This document shows, one piece after another, positions 25,254 to 39,699 of a stretch of DNA of 64,000 nucleotides. Every line of letters begins with the position of its first letter. Position 1 is the first letter of the stretch. The stretch comes from Adineta vaga (taxonomy: Eukaryota > Animalia > Rotifera): positions 4,898,001 to 4,962,000 of the forward strand of contig CP075496.1 in NCBI GenBank assembly GCA_021613535.1. Reading direction: 5' to 3'. Position numbers and translations under genes: made by a program. The notes under the pieces were generated by a model. The model had not been told where the DNA came from. It saw only the letters and a list, made by a program, of their open reading frames with translations, and searched no databases.

Positions 25254-28200
25254 TCACACAGCATCAATATTTGTACAAAGTTCTCGAAGGACTTGTAAAT
25301 TTTTTGGCGACACCATTGAACTTGAACTTGCTTTATCAATAAGAACAGAACCAAGTTCAGTATACAGAGCAGTTGTTAATGTATGAATTGAAGAATTTAA
25401 ACTATTTGAACCACCAGCAGATGAAGTTATTGCAGTGGAGTTTTGACCACGTAATAAAGCTAATAATTTCCAATAAGTAGGTAATAGATGAATTTCAACT
25501 TGTTTCGGTTTACGTTGACAAACACGTGGAACAAGAGCTTGAACAATAATCAATAGAAAAAGATTGAACTTAAGAAAACAATATGACTTACAAGCTAGTT
25601 TCAAAACAATTTCGGGTCGAACACGTAGATTGCTATTTTGACTTAATGTACAAAGTGGTTGTAATAGGTAACCACTATCTATAGAACCAAAAAAAAAACC
25701 AATATTGTGAAAATGAAGGAGAAGAGAAAAAGATTGATTTTCTATACCGATATATTCAATTGCAACATCAATGATTTCTGAAGCTAATTGTGAAATTTCT
25801 CGATTTTTCGAAGCAATACTTTGTGCAATGATTGGTAATGTTGAATTAATCACAGTTGATAATGAATCAGCTAGGATTGGAACAAGTTGATGCATAGTAT
25901 TTAATGCTTTTAAAACCACTTTAGAATTCATATCTGCTAAACATTCATGAAAGCCATCGAAAATTTGAACGAGTGATTGAATAGCGATTTCCGTTTCTAA
26001 TTCACATAATTTTTGAAATTCTTCAATACCATGTAAACGTTCACGAAAATCTGAACTACGCATTTGTTTAGTCATTTTACGAATTTGTTCAGTTTGATCT
26101 GCACTGTTTAGTTTACGAATTGCTGAAAATTGATTGTTTATATTTCTAAAATATCGAATTACGAAAAGACTTATTCAAAGGAGATATTCGTTTTTCTTAC
26201 CCAGTCGTATTAATCTTATCTGATGATAAAGCACGTCGTCCATTATTTCTTGCAGATTCACTTGGAGTTTCACCTACTCCTCCCTAAATTTTCAATAGAA
26301 TCTTAATTTTATTCAGAACTTCAAACTTACTTTTGTACGAATATTATCTAAAATCTCACACATATGTGAATAAACAGTTGGATTAAGATAATGTTTCATC
26401 AATGGATCGAGTTCATCCGATGACATTAACATATGATAAATTTTTTTACCATACCATCTAATTAAATTATCATATACTTTTGTATGAATGTATTATTTAC
26501 ATACCTGATTTCGGGTGGTCCATCAGATGCAAATGTAGCAGCTACTTGTAATACACGTTCCGTGATATCACGAATGCCACTTAAAATTTTACTTGCACCC
26601 ATTTTTTCACAGACAACATAGATGTATTTAGCTGATGTTTTTCGTACAGCTGGACTACGATGACTAATAGACAAGAATAAGAAGAAATATGTTCACATGT
26701 TACCTATTTCTATTCGAAATTCTTACCTTGCTCCACCGGCTATTAATGCTTGTAATGCTTTTTGAAGTGTAACATTTTCAATCATTGTTTGAAGACATTT
26801 TTCAACATCATTTCTAAACATAGAAATATTTGACGTTTGTTTTCATGCAATATTTATAATACTAACCGAAAAAATTCATTACACTCTGCACTTTTTTGCA
26901 TGACAGCTTTGACTGTAATGTCTAATTCAATATCCATATTTCGTTTTAAATGTTTAAACATATCACAATATGTTGATAAGGCAAAACGAGCAACTTGTGA
27001 TCGAAGGTTTTTTACTTCTTGATTAAGTATAAGAACGACTGGATGTAAATTTTGAATGATTAAATCGGGATATTGAGCAATAAGACGTTGAAGTAAACCA
27101 AGACCAGAACATTTACGTTCCCAATCATCATTAGCAACTGATTCCATTGCTTCTCGAAAAACACCTCCAGGATTTCTTAATTGCTCAGTTACTCGATCTT
27201 CAGATAATGGTCGATTGAATGGTATACGTTGATCCGTTGATGATAATTCACGTTGATTATTAAATGTTTGAGATCGAGCCATTCTTTATATAATATATAT
27301 ATATATATATCGATAGAATATCGAACTATGAATTGTTACTTTTACTTACGTATTTTTATTACCACGTAAACGTTGTTGTGATGGAACATTTGGTAATATT
27401 GAAGTTATATTGGATTCAATTGGTCGTCGTGGTGTTGGTGGAAGTTCATTACCAACAGATGAAAGATCCGGTTGAGATGAATATCGACTTGTTGAAGTTG
27501 AAGATGTTGGAAGATCATTATCATAGACATTCTCTCCATTAGTATTCTGTTGATGAAGATGAACATGCCGACGACTTTGTTCTCGATCTTGACGGCGGCG
27601 CTCTTTTTGTTCGATTTTTTCCTGAGTTTTCTGTTGAACACGTAAACGAAATGATGCTGATAATGTTTGTCCCATATTAACAAACTGAATGACATCGTTG
27701 TTTATCTCATCTTTTGACAAATAGTTTTTCTTACTTGTTCATTTTCTTTTGAATCGCTATCGTATTCATCAGAAACCATTTCAAAATCTTCATTTTCTTT
27801 ACTTAATTGATCCATAAGTGTATTCATATTTTGAATTTTAGTCACATCTGATTCCATTCGTGTACGTAATGGAATTTGCACAGCTAAAATTTGAAAAAAA
27901 AGATGTTTTTCCTCTTTTCTAATTGCCATTGCAGGTTCTTACCTTTACCAACGACTCCAATATCTTGTCCATCATCAAAATTAGATGCATCTTCTAGATT
28001 CACATTTGTATGCGTTGCATTATTCAAAGGCGTGCTAATAACTGAACCTAAATTTTAAAAATTATTTCGACATTATTTTTAAATGAAGGGGAGAAAATGA
28101 AGAGTTCTCATTTGGTTACTTCTTCATCAAAATATTTTTTAATATGCTGAGTGAAAGACAAGGAAATATCATTGTTTAATGGTTGAATAAATTCCAAAAG

Positions 28201-31200
28201 AATAGAAAGAAAAAGAAAGATTGTTTTTATTTTTTTTCTTAAACTTTTGAGAAGTAAAAACATCATTTCTAATTTGAGATAAAGCTAAAATCTAAAAACA
28301 AGTTTTTACTGATGTACGCAAATGCGTAGAACTTTTCAAACCTAAGCATGTATGATTAAACTGTCTGTCTCTATTTTTATTATTGAAATGAAGAACGCAA
28401 AAGAAGTATTGTATTTTTATCTGGGTACTGTAGAAGAATCTTTCTGATGATAATCTTGGCTTCATGTTCCGAACATTTTTCAAATGATCTCTTATAGATT
28501 AAGGAGATGAAAATCTATTCTACTCTACGTTGTTGAGAAATGACGTTTTAGTAGGTCATTTTACAAAACAACGGAGGTTGTTTGTAATTATTCTTTGAGA
28601 GTTGATCATTGAACTATGAAATAGAAAAGCGGGATAAATATCTGATTACCTTTAATAAGTTTAGCTCGAGGTTTATTTATAGCTGGTTGTTTTTCTTCGA
28701 TGAATTCAGTTGATATCTGTTTAGTAGAATTTTTTTCTTCCATATAACCTATTCCAATTATTCCAACGTTTGGATTTGATGGTCGATGTGTGTTTCCACC
28801 ATTGGAAGCATATTCATTTGTATGTCGAGCTGATGAGGAAGGATCCGTTGGTGGTAACTGAGATTTATCAATTTTCGATTTCAAAGCTGAACGTGCAAGA
28901 CGTGGTCTAGTAGAAAACAATTGATCGTTATTATTCGATTGTATTGATCTAATAATGTAATAATTAAATAGAAAATTTGATTGAAGAGAACATGTATATA
29001 TATTTTATACTTTGAACTTCGATTTGTATCGTTTTCAATTTCACGTCCCGATTGAGAATAAACGCCACTTTCGTTGCTATTTTCTGGTGTTAAAGTTCGT
29101 GTTGATGCTAATTCTATTTCACTACCAGTACTAAATAATCGTTCAGCTTTACGTCTCGTTGAACTACTATGTACTGATCGAACGGGCTTTTTCGAATGTT
29201 GATGATCGTTCTAAATGATCAATTGCTTGTTGTCTTTTTTCTACTTTAAGAACATGATATCTTTACCTCAATTACACCGTCATCTGATGTGTTAATTGAT
29301 AGAGAACGTGATTCTATTGCACTTTCAATTCCTTCATCATGATCGAGTTCTAGTTCAAAATGACGTTTTGTTTGTATTGGTTGTTCGGATTGATGATGAA
29401 CTTGGGATGTAATTAAAAGACTGTGGGCAACTGGAAATCGATTTAATGATGGACGACGTGGCGCAGATGAACGAAGTTGAAGGATGTTGTTATGGTGATT
29501 TTCTACGCAATGATATATGTTTAGATATTAAATAATAGATGTTGCATAAAATGAAATACATTAAAATTATTCTCTTTTCAAGTATTCAGTTTATTCATCA
29601 AATAAAAAGGTTTTTCTTGTCGATCGCAAAGAAGTGAGGAAAAAGAAGAAGAAGAAGAGGTGTTTTTTATCCTGTATCATTAAGTTTAATTGATATACTG
29701 TGCGCAGTAACTTCCAGAAGATAATCTTTTCAAAAAAAGAAAGACTTTATCATCATGAGAAATTGATACTGAGGATATTCAGTAGAGAATTAATGAAAGA
29801 AGACTCTTATACCTTTAGAAAGAAAAAAACATCTAATTAAATTCATGAAGTTCGTTTTCTTTTGAAACTTTTACAAAATACAAAAAATTCTTTGCATTTT
29901 AATGAATACCTCCTACTGTGAAAACATCTATTTATATTATAAATAAATAATTGAAAGAAGATAAATTTCTCGGGGAAAAAAAGACACAAACCTTGCTGAC
30001 GATTGATTATAATCGATTCTTTTCGATGATTATTATTAGTTGATAATCTTTTTGTCCATTCATCAGAATGAACTTTATCTGCTAAAATCAATGGACGATA
30101 ATTTTTATTTCCAGTAATAGTAAAATCAAACGGTGGTGCACCGGATGGTACAATTATTGCTAGAAAAAAGTTCAGTCAAAATCTATCGATTTTAATCAGA
30201 CAACATCGAAAAATGTAACAGATATTATGCATCTTTAAACATGATTCAATATTCTTGCCTATATAAATAATGTTTATATATGTAGGTCAAATACTTCGTT
30301 TTGTCAGTGATATACATAAACAAAAGAAAATTTCTTGAATCTGTCAATGTCAGGTTTCATACTCGAAGGGCTACGAAAGATTAAAGTGAACATTTATGAT
30401 ATTTTTAATAGTATCTCTAAAAAACAGACAGCCAGAGAGGGGGCGAAAGAAAATTTAGACAAGGTCATGGACTTTTTTTAGTTATAAAATGATGAGATGT
30501 AAACAAGTTGGAAATTCATCATGTTCTCGTTCTCTACTACTGACATTTTGTTGACAAAATTATTTGTTTGTTTAAATATACCGATCGCTAGTCGTCTGAT
30601 GTGTAATTATAGAAGGAAAAAAATGAATCAACTTAGAGAAATTCGATTAAAAAAAGAGAAGCATTGATATTAAATCGAAGACTTACGATTTTTTGGTGGT
30701 TCATAATGATGATTCGACGAAGTAAATCGATGTAAATCATGATCAACATCAGATGCTTTCAATGGAGGTATTTCACGACTACGCATAACCTAAGAAGAAA
30801 ATGCAATGTGAAGATAAATGTTTATTTCTAACCAATAGAGATGGACAGCTTCTATTGAAGATCTGTTTCAGAAAATTATTCAATGTATCCTTTTACAAAT
30901 TGATATATTAATTAAAATCTTTCTATAAAATAACTACTAAGTAAAAAAATATGACATTTCAAAGACGTTTCTCTTTCTAATCATCTGTAATAACGGATGT
31001 AATGAATTTTTCTCTATAATAATCACAGATGATGTTCTTAGAAAGGAGAGGAAAAAAAAACCCTAGTCTTTGGTGAATCGAAATCCTATAGAATAATTGA
31101 CGTTCATAAGGATCTTTCTACAATGAAAATAATATCATGTCAACTATTAAACAATCAAAGAAAAATATTTTTTGAAAAATTTAATTAAAAAAATCCTTCT

Positions 31201-34200
31201 TGTAGCATAAAATGAAACTACAATCATCTGCTTGACTGCGAGAAAACTTGTCATCTTCGTATTTTGTATTAGTTGTTATAGCGACAAATTTCTTTCCGCT
31301 TCAGAACCCAACTACTTTCATTAATAAGAAACGTTCTTAATGACTGTAAAGATTTCTTATTCATTTTTCTTTGCACTTTCATCATTACAACAAAACATTA
31401 GGATATATTATTCATCATTGTCAAACTCTACAGCTGCAAACTATGAGTAGACATCGGCATTTCTCTCATGTTTAGTTTAATAATTCCTGATCAAGGTAAA
31501 AATCCTTTTTCTATCAAAAAGAAAGATGAGTTCGTTCGTTTTAACATGGATCTTTATATCGATATATATTAAATAAATATTAGAAAACTTACAAGAGTCG
31601 TCGAAGTGCGTGCAGCATGCATAGTAACGTCAAAGATGACCTGTCTGCTATGCTTCTAGCTCATTCGAAATGCACGCATGAGCATACAATTTATGATGAA
31701 ATGAAGAAACGAGTTGATATTTCTTTCTCGCTTCTTTTTTTTCTCTCTTTTTCTCGCTCATATTTTTTGTTTTTCTATATCCGGCTTACCAGTAATGTGG
31801 ATCGCCTAGACCAGTAAAAAAGATCTTCATCGTCGAGCATGAGCATCTCTCATTTAACACGCACAGATGTCAAGTCTAGTTTTTCAATAAGATCAATTGC
31901 CACAAAGAAAACACCAGATGACGATAATGATAAAGAAAAGAAAAAAATCGTTGTTTTTCTTTCTCTCTTTTCTAAAAAGTTTTCTTCGTAGAACTTGTTC
32001 ACTTAATAGAATACATGTCTCCGTAAAACAATAGCAATAGAGTAAAAATTGCAATCCTTTTTTTGTAACACACGTATGAAAGGCGACGACAACGATTGTC
32101 CTCCGGTTTTTTTCTTACTTCCTTCTTTCTTCATTTTGTATTTGGCAGTGATTATAGTCAGTTTTTAATAGGTTGAGGACGAATAGAAAGAAAAACATGA
32201 TAAATTAAAATAACGAGTAGATGAATAACAAGCTATTTTTGTTTTGAATTTTTAATTTACGTGGGCAACAATATTTTCTTTCAATGCTAGAGGCATGCAG
32301 GTGTGTTATATTATCGCTAGATCAACAGTTCTACGCATTTTTTATTTGAACATCTTGTTTTTATTGTTAAGTACTCTTAGTGGATACAGCATCTGTTAAG
32401 TTATCTTAACCTAGAAATTTAACCTTAAGTACTACTCATCTGTCAGGTATTTTCTCTCTAGTTCTAATATATACTAAATGGAGTATTAAATCGTATTTTT
32501 CAGATTCAATGAGACACAAATCTTTCGCATTCGACAGGCAGCAGATGAAAATGATCTAATCCTATTTACATCTCCATCTCGATCAACAATGCCTTTTGTA
32601 TCCGATAAAAAACTCAAACATTTATCTATAATCCTTTGTAAAATCTGCTTATGATTAAAACATAATCCTCGAGTCAAACGAGAAATCTTATGATGAAAGT
32701 CGAAATACAACAAAACTTACTGTGTCATTAGAAATTGTTTTGGTTGTTGAAGTTGCATAGGGCATTGTTAATTGAAGTAATTTATTATGTGTTGGTGTTA
32801 GTTTTGTTGATGATGGTGATGATTCAAGTGTTGTTGTTGATAATGTTCGTGGTGTTGGTGTAGAATTATTTGCCAATAAGATAAATTTTGAATCAGGATC
32901 ATTCGTTGTATTCGAATCACATACTAAACCTGGTGTGATATTACCTTTTCCAGTTAAGGATGGAAGTATATTTCGAAGTAAACGAAAACGTAATGCATTC
33001 AATGCATCCAAAGAAAGATTTTCAATTGATGATAAAAGTAAATTTATCGAATGATTCATTTCAAAAATGACAGTTGTCATTGGATTATATGAATTATGAT
33101 AACTGCATATAACTGTAAAACATTCAAGAGCGCCATGACGTAATTCACGACGAGTAGATATTAATAATGGAAGAAAATAAGTGGAGATTTTTGGTAGATT
33201 ATCATACTGATATTGACGATATTTTAATAAAGTTGCTGTAACAATAGCGAGCATTTCTAATTGAATACGATAATTATAAGAATGAAAATGATCATCGATT
33301 AATTCATTTAGAATTAATGGTGGTTGTACAAAGTTTTCGAGTAGAAGAACAAGACTAACACTTAATTTCTAGGAAAAATACGAAAAAGAAAAGTTATTTT
33401 CTTAGAAATAAGTATTACTATCATTTGTAATAGACAAATGATCTATTCTTTGGTTTCAATGTCCTTGAAGAAAGAAATTGACCTTGTCTCAAATTTCTCT
33501 CGAGAACATTTACGAAAATGTTTGTCCATGAAAAAATGATTTTGTTTTCCATTAGATTAAAAAAAGAAGTAAAAAACACTTACTGCTAATTGTCGATTAT
33601 TCGATTGACCATTGAGAAGAATATTTTTAAATGTTGTACAAATTGTTTGAAAGTTTTTTTTACAATACGTTACTTGTGCATGTTTTATAAGCCAACCAAG
33701 ACATGTGGAGAGAACGAGTTTGATTTTAATTGATGAATCAAATTCAATTGAAGTTAAATATGATAAAAGATCGAGTATAGTTGTTAGAAATGTATGTAAA
33801 GATTGATGAAATTCGAATTCATGATTCGGTGATAAATATTGTGTTCGAATCATTTGTAAATATTTCTCACAGGATTGTTTAAATTGTTCAAGATAATCTA
33901 AACGCATTGTTTCCAAAGCAGATGACCAATTTGAACGAATAGTATCAACAGTAGAATAAAAATCTACGCTATTATCATCGATAGTGGAAGTAGACTTAGG
34001 CATTGGAGATTGTAAACGAGGTTTACGATTGGATAATAAACTGTGAGTATTAGTAGAATTATGATTTGTATGTAAAAGAACAGCATTCATTTCTAAGTCA
34101 GAGAAAGTTTGTATTTTGTTTTCTCCGAAAAAAAAATATCATTTTTTACCTGATATATCTTTTATTTGAGTTGCTCGTGGAGTTTTATCATCATCTTCTT

Positions 34201-35064
34201 CTAAATCGGTATCAACAGAAATAATCTGTAAATGATCATCAGTTCGTGGTACATATGTACGATAGGCTTGCTGTAAAACAGATGAATAATTTGTCAGATA
34301 AGTATTGATACAATCTGTTCCTAAGATTCGTCGTATATGTTGAATGGAAGTTATTAAGATATCTTTATATGTTGGACGAAATGTATTGTCTTGTAAATGT
34401 TGTAGAAGAACTTCAAATATGGATGAAAGATTTTCATACTGATGTATAGTATTCAATAATTCTGTTAGGGATTGAATGGATATTACACGAACTCGAATAT
34501 TAGAAGATTTTAAACCATCGTGAAGATAGATATATAGAAATGTTCGAACATCTTGTGTTAAACGTATTTGTTTGCTTAAAATTTGAACTGTTAATGATTG
34601 AATATCATTAGATGTTGACGAGAAACATTGAATAATTTCTAGAGAGAAAAAATGAAAAGATTTATCATTGAAATAGGCGGGTTTTTTTCCCTGAACAAAC
34701 CTGGAAGATAAGTACGTTGATCATAATGATAAATATTCGATTGAATTTCTGATATAAGTGTTAAACAATTATATTGATATTCGGAATTATTCGTCTGTTG
34801 AAGAGTATTTATTAGAGATAATAAGATATCATGTCTTTGTGAAACGTCAAGTATTGTAGAGAGACGATCTCGTCGTGTATTTTTACACCAACGATTAACG
34901 GTTTGAACTTTATGTTCATGATTTGCCTCATTGAGAAGAATATCAATAAGTTGACTATCAGGTATAATTATATCAGTCTTATGTAGAAGGAATGCATTGG
35001 ATGAGGAAGAAGTCGAAGAACCGGAACCAGTTGACATTCTAGGAAGCGATGAAGCAAGAGCCAT
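25254..35064 (-). CDS. TOGARAM1: TOG array regulator of axonemal microtubules (crescerin/FAM179B-like), multi-exon
   Basis: C-terminal TOG3/4: NDDWERKCSGL..EVKNLRSQVARFA..KSAECNEFFR, ALIAGGASHRSPAVRKTSA, DGPPEIRWYGKK, SSDFRERLHGI..IFDGFHECLADMNSKV. Divergent HEAT-like N-terminal exons (32721-35064) join in phase through low-complexity linker exons. Confidence 0.85.
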
Positions 35065-36012
35065 TGATGGCGATTAACATGAATGATCTGAAAGATTTCT
35101 TTTGTACAAGAAATAATGACGTCGAGCAACAAACAACATGAATGTTATTTCTCTTCTTCTTCTTCTCCTCAACACTTACTGTCTTGTTTATTCTACAAAC
35201 AAAAGAAAAAACAATACGAAAGGTAGCATAATCACTATGATGTAACCTTGGATAGATATTAAGAATGAGTTTATTCTTTTTATAGAAAGAAATCAGACCT
35301 TTCGAACCTTCTTATATATGATCAAAAGCAACAACACAAGAAAAAAGAAAAGAAAAAATGGTTTGTGAAATATGACGCGTATTCTTCACATTTAATTTTT
35401 CTTTTCTTACGAATTAAGATATACGGTTCGATATTCTGTTTGTTTCTTTAAAGACAACAAACGACAATAAAAGTGCTTTTACGGCATGACAGATATTCGA
35501 GTGCATAGCGACCGTGCCTAATACCTCTCGAAAGAATGCTAAAATCAATAGACAACTGTCGACCTCTATCCATAAATGAAAATATATCATTACTCATTGT
35601 ATCTACTTGCTCTTTTTAATCAGTATATATCTACTGAATTCTTTGTTATCGTCTTGGTAAGATACGTTTCATTGAAATACGATTCATTGATCTTTATCTT
35701 GCCGAAAATGAACACCGATGTCTCAGTTAAAAATATCAGAAACGATGACATAATTGTTAAACAAGCAAACAACAATAGTATGAATCGTGTTACTTTCAAT
35801 ATTCATTGCATTTCATTTATCTTCATACTAAAGAATTCTTTATCAATTCAATGCTAGTTTTAATATAGTCAAGTTTTGACTGAGAATAGAAGAATACAAC
35901 AAAATGAGTAAAGCTTGAATATGAAAAGAGAGAAAACCATAGAATTTCCTGCAAATGTTTGACGCCGGTAGTAAAACAAACAATCAGATCAAAATATTCT
36001 ACGAAAAACTTT

Positions 36013-36747
36013 TTATCGTCGCTTTGTCGTTGATTCTTCAGTTGGTTTAGCACCTAACCAACTAAGTAAAAGACCCATTGGAGTTGCTTGTAATGAAAGA
36101 CTTTCTACTGCATTTTCGGCTTTATTTTGTAAAGTTTGCGTTCGAGCTGTTGCATGACCAACAATCACTAAATAAGAATGAGATATAAGTGATCAAAGAA
36201 ATTCTTTCTATGCAAATAACTTACATGATAATGGAAGAGCAATACCAAGTAAAAAGATAAATACCGTTCCAAACATTTTAATAACCATAAATGCTATTAC
36301 GAGAAGTACTAGAAGCACTACAATGGGTCGATCATGAGCAAGTACTGTTAATGCAGTTCGTTGTTTAGTTGTAAAAACAAAACCAGCTAGAAGAACAGCA
36401 AAAACAGCAAGACCAAAAATTATTGCCGCTGGACGGAAGAAACTAAACATTCAAATAAAAATACAAAAGTTTTTTTTCAATATGATATAAAGAGAACATT
36501 ACGCGACTAATAAAAGAAAAGGTATGGCAATAGCGCCATAATTTGATTGATAATAAATCATATTTGCAATGACTTGGTTTTGTAATTCACCAAATTCACG
36601 TGGATTAAATGTTGGTTTTGACCATTCATTTCCTCCAACAAATTCACGTATGGAACGAATCTATTTGAAAATAAAAATACTTTTTTCCACAAATTTCTTG
36701 CTATAACTTACTGGTGGAATACGAAATTGATGTTCAGTATTTGCCAT
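36013..36747 (-). CDS. PRA1-family protein, PRAF2/PRAF3(ARL6IP5)-like, copy A (4 exons)
   Basis: PPIRSIREFVGG..QVIANMIYYQSNY, four hydrophobic segments, GHATART..LQATPMGLLLSWLG. Confidence 0.85.
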
Positions 36748-36915
36748 GATAGGGAGACAGGAAAATAAACAATTATCTAGAATAAAATGACTCTCGTTAG
36801 AAGAATAAAATCAATCATATGATAAGTATGATATCGGAAGACAAAACACAAAAGAAAGTATCGATAAAAAATAAAAAGGAAAAAAAAGTCATGTATGGTT
36901 TTAATTTGATTTGAT

Positions 36916-37635
36916 TTATTCTAATAAAGATGGGTTACGTAAACCAAGGGCACTAAGAAAGATACCCATTGGTGTTGCTTGAAGACTAACTAGATCAATT
37001 TTATTTGCAACTTTATTCGCTAAATTTCGTCGTCGTAAGGTGGCATGAAGAATAATTGCTAAAAAATATAAAAAGTAATTCAACACTAATATGAAAGTAT
37101 AAAATATACCTTGAATTGGTAAGACAATACCAAGAAAGAAAATAAATAATTTTCCCATAAAACTTAAAATGAAATAAGAAACACCAAGTACAGCAATAAG
37201 AACAATAATTGGTCGATCTTCTTTTGCTGAACGAAAGAAGTGTTCAACTGATGCGAAAGTATTATTATTAATTCGAGGTGATGATGATATATAAACAAAA
37301 CCCATTAATAAAGCTGAAACAACGACCAAACCGAAAAGAAAATCCACCGGATAGTTAATTCTAAAATAGAAAATTTTCAAATTGATATTCATTGCTATAA
37401 AAAAAAATATTTACCCGACTAGAAGAAATAGAGCAATACCAAAAACGAAATAATTTGTTTGATAGTAGATTAAATTACTAACAATTCGATTATTTAGTCT
37501 TGGAAAATCGGAAAAATTTGGTACATTCCATGTTGCATCCAAAAGAAAATCGTTTATTGATCGAAATTGTGCAAAACGTAAATCATTGGGTGAATTGATT
37601 TGATCTCGAATTTCTCGTGTTATATCACGACGCAT
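36916..37635 (-). CDS. PRA1-family protein, PRAF2/PRAF3(ARL6IP5)-like, copy B (3 exons)
   Basis: FRSINDFLLD..PNFSDFPRLNNRIVSNLIYYQTNYF and ILHATLRRRNLANKVANK..LQATPMGIFLSALG. Confidence 0.9.
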
Positions 37636-37802
37636 ATTTATCTGAAAAATAGATACATACATTTGAGGAATGAATGAGTATCTTTAAGATATTTCTTTTC
37701 AAATAAACATAACAAGAAATAGGTCAAGAACAACAATAACAATGACAAGAACAAAAACGAAATACATACAGTCATCCGTTTGTACAAATAAATAAAATTA
37801 TA

Positions 37803-39623
37803 TTACAATGATTCAATAGTAGATGATTGATTTTCAACAATACCAAGATTATGATGAATGATATCAGCTGATATCACTTGTTCAGGACCACTTGATGTAA
37901 GATGAGTCATATCACTTAGATTATGAAGAACTTTATCGGCTAAATCATATTCATTGACAGGTTCATTTGATTGTTGTTGAGAAGAATTAATAATTTGATG
38001 AATTTTATTTGCAGGTTGAGATAAACGATCATATTGAGCTTGACGTAATCGAACAAGTAATTTCGCATTCTCATCAAGTTTCATATCTAATTGATGTTGA
38101 AGATTTCCATTCATTGCTATTTGTAGTTCAGATTTAACGGAATCATTTGATGAAACATGACCTGAACCATTGGAGAGAACTAAAATCAACTTTTATATCA
38201 ATCTACAACTTTTCAATAATACACCTACCATTAGTATTTGATTCTTGTCCGTCTTTTCCATTTCGTTCATTCGTTAATGAAGATAAAAAACGATCAACAT
38301 AATCCAAAGCGATATCTCCCGAATCTTTAACATAATCAACTAATGAAATGGCATGTTGTGCAGAAAATTCACTTCCATATGTATGAACTAATAAATCTAA
38401 ATCATCTTTGGACAGAGAAGTAAATGATGAATCATATTGTGGTGCATGTGATGAAAATGATCCATAATCAAGAAAATATCTTGGTAATAAATGATTTCGT
38501 TTTTCATTTTCATTAACAATTGGTGTTGTATGTGAATGATAAGACTGGGAAGATGAAGCACCTGTATTTGATGACATATTACTTAATTCACCAATTGTAA
38601 TAGTTCGTGTTTGAGATTGTTGTTGATTAAGATCATCTTGATTAAGAAAACGAAGTGACGTTGTACCATTTGTTCGTTGACAAGATAAAGTATAAGCTGA
38701 TATTGGACGACGTAGACTTAATTTTTCTCGAGTACATTGAGCAGCTTGTTGAGCTTGCGAAAGAATTTCTTCAGGAGATAGTTCTTCGTCTTCTTCTTCA
38801 TCAGCAAGTAATGTTGGTAATTTTTCATAATATTTTGGTAGTTTTAAACCTACTTTTAATTTACGTTGAGTCGATGTTTGATTATCATTTTCATTTATGG
38901 ATGTATCCATTTGTTCTTCATTCGTATGATTGACTACATCGAAACGAAAACCAAATTCTCGTTCGGTCAGATGAGAAAAACATTCCATTGTTCGACGAAG
39001 ATTGACTAATTTCTCTTTTGCCATTAATTTAGTACCTGTCGATAGTAATTTCTTAGCTGCTTGCCAATAAACTGTTTCTTGCCGATTATATTTCATGGCA
39101 TTATTACACATGAGCTCAAAATCAGCAGAAAATTCTAGAATATTGGAATATTCATCATGAGTGATTTTCTTTTTCATAGTAGAAAAATCCATTGGATGTG
39201 TTATAATTTGAGAATAACCAGGTGCAAGCTAAAATATTGAAAATGAACGTGTTTTTTATCGATTATAAATTTGATTCCGTATGTATTTACTTGATCAGTA
39301 ACAGGATATTGAAAGAAACCTTCTTTATCTTTAAGTATTAATGAACGTAGGAGATGATCAAGACATGTATTCAGATTTGTATTATCTTCATTGGAAGATT
39401 TTGGAAAAGATTGTTGAATACGTTTGAATCGATCAGGAACAAATTGATGTTGAGAAGAATTATGTTGATCAGAATTGTTAATGGGAGTTTCCGATTGTTG
39501 TGAGAGGGAATTTTCATCATAATCAGGTACACCAAGTCCGGAATGATTTGATGAATCTTCATTTTCGAAGACAGGTTGACCGCCAACACTAAAACGTGGA
39601 CGTTTTGCACTACGACGACTCAT
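37803..39623 (-). CDS. BRD7/9: Bromodomain-containing protein 7/9-like (3 exons)
   Basis: KDKEGFFQYPVTDQLAPGYSQIITHPMDFSTMKKK..DFELMCNNAMKYNRQETVYWQAAKKLL bromodomain, then the DUF3512-type LDYGSFSSHAPQYDSSFTSLSKDDLDLLVHTYG and LRQAQYDRLS. Confidence 0.93.
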
Positions 39624-39699
39624 GATAATATCAGATTATTCTTCTATTTATTAAAAAATGTATATTATGATTAGTCAACACTCAACAATTGTGTTGTCT

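Noticed and set aside
28118-28172. Possible extra TOGARAM1 exon ending in GTAACC
   Set aside because: The candidate readings (phase 0 or 2) do not match the phase-1 flanking junction.
35480-35545. Locally GC-richer segment with a possible GGCATG/CGTGCC stem (ncRNA or ribozyme?)
   Set aside because: The stem is short, and no hammerhead core, snoRNA boxes or tRNA arms are recognisable. An Infernal/Rfam scan would be needed.
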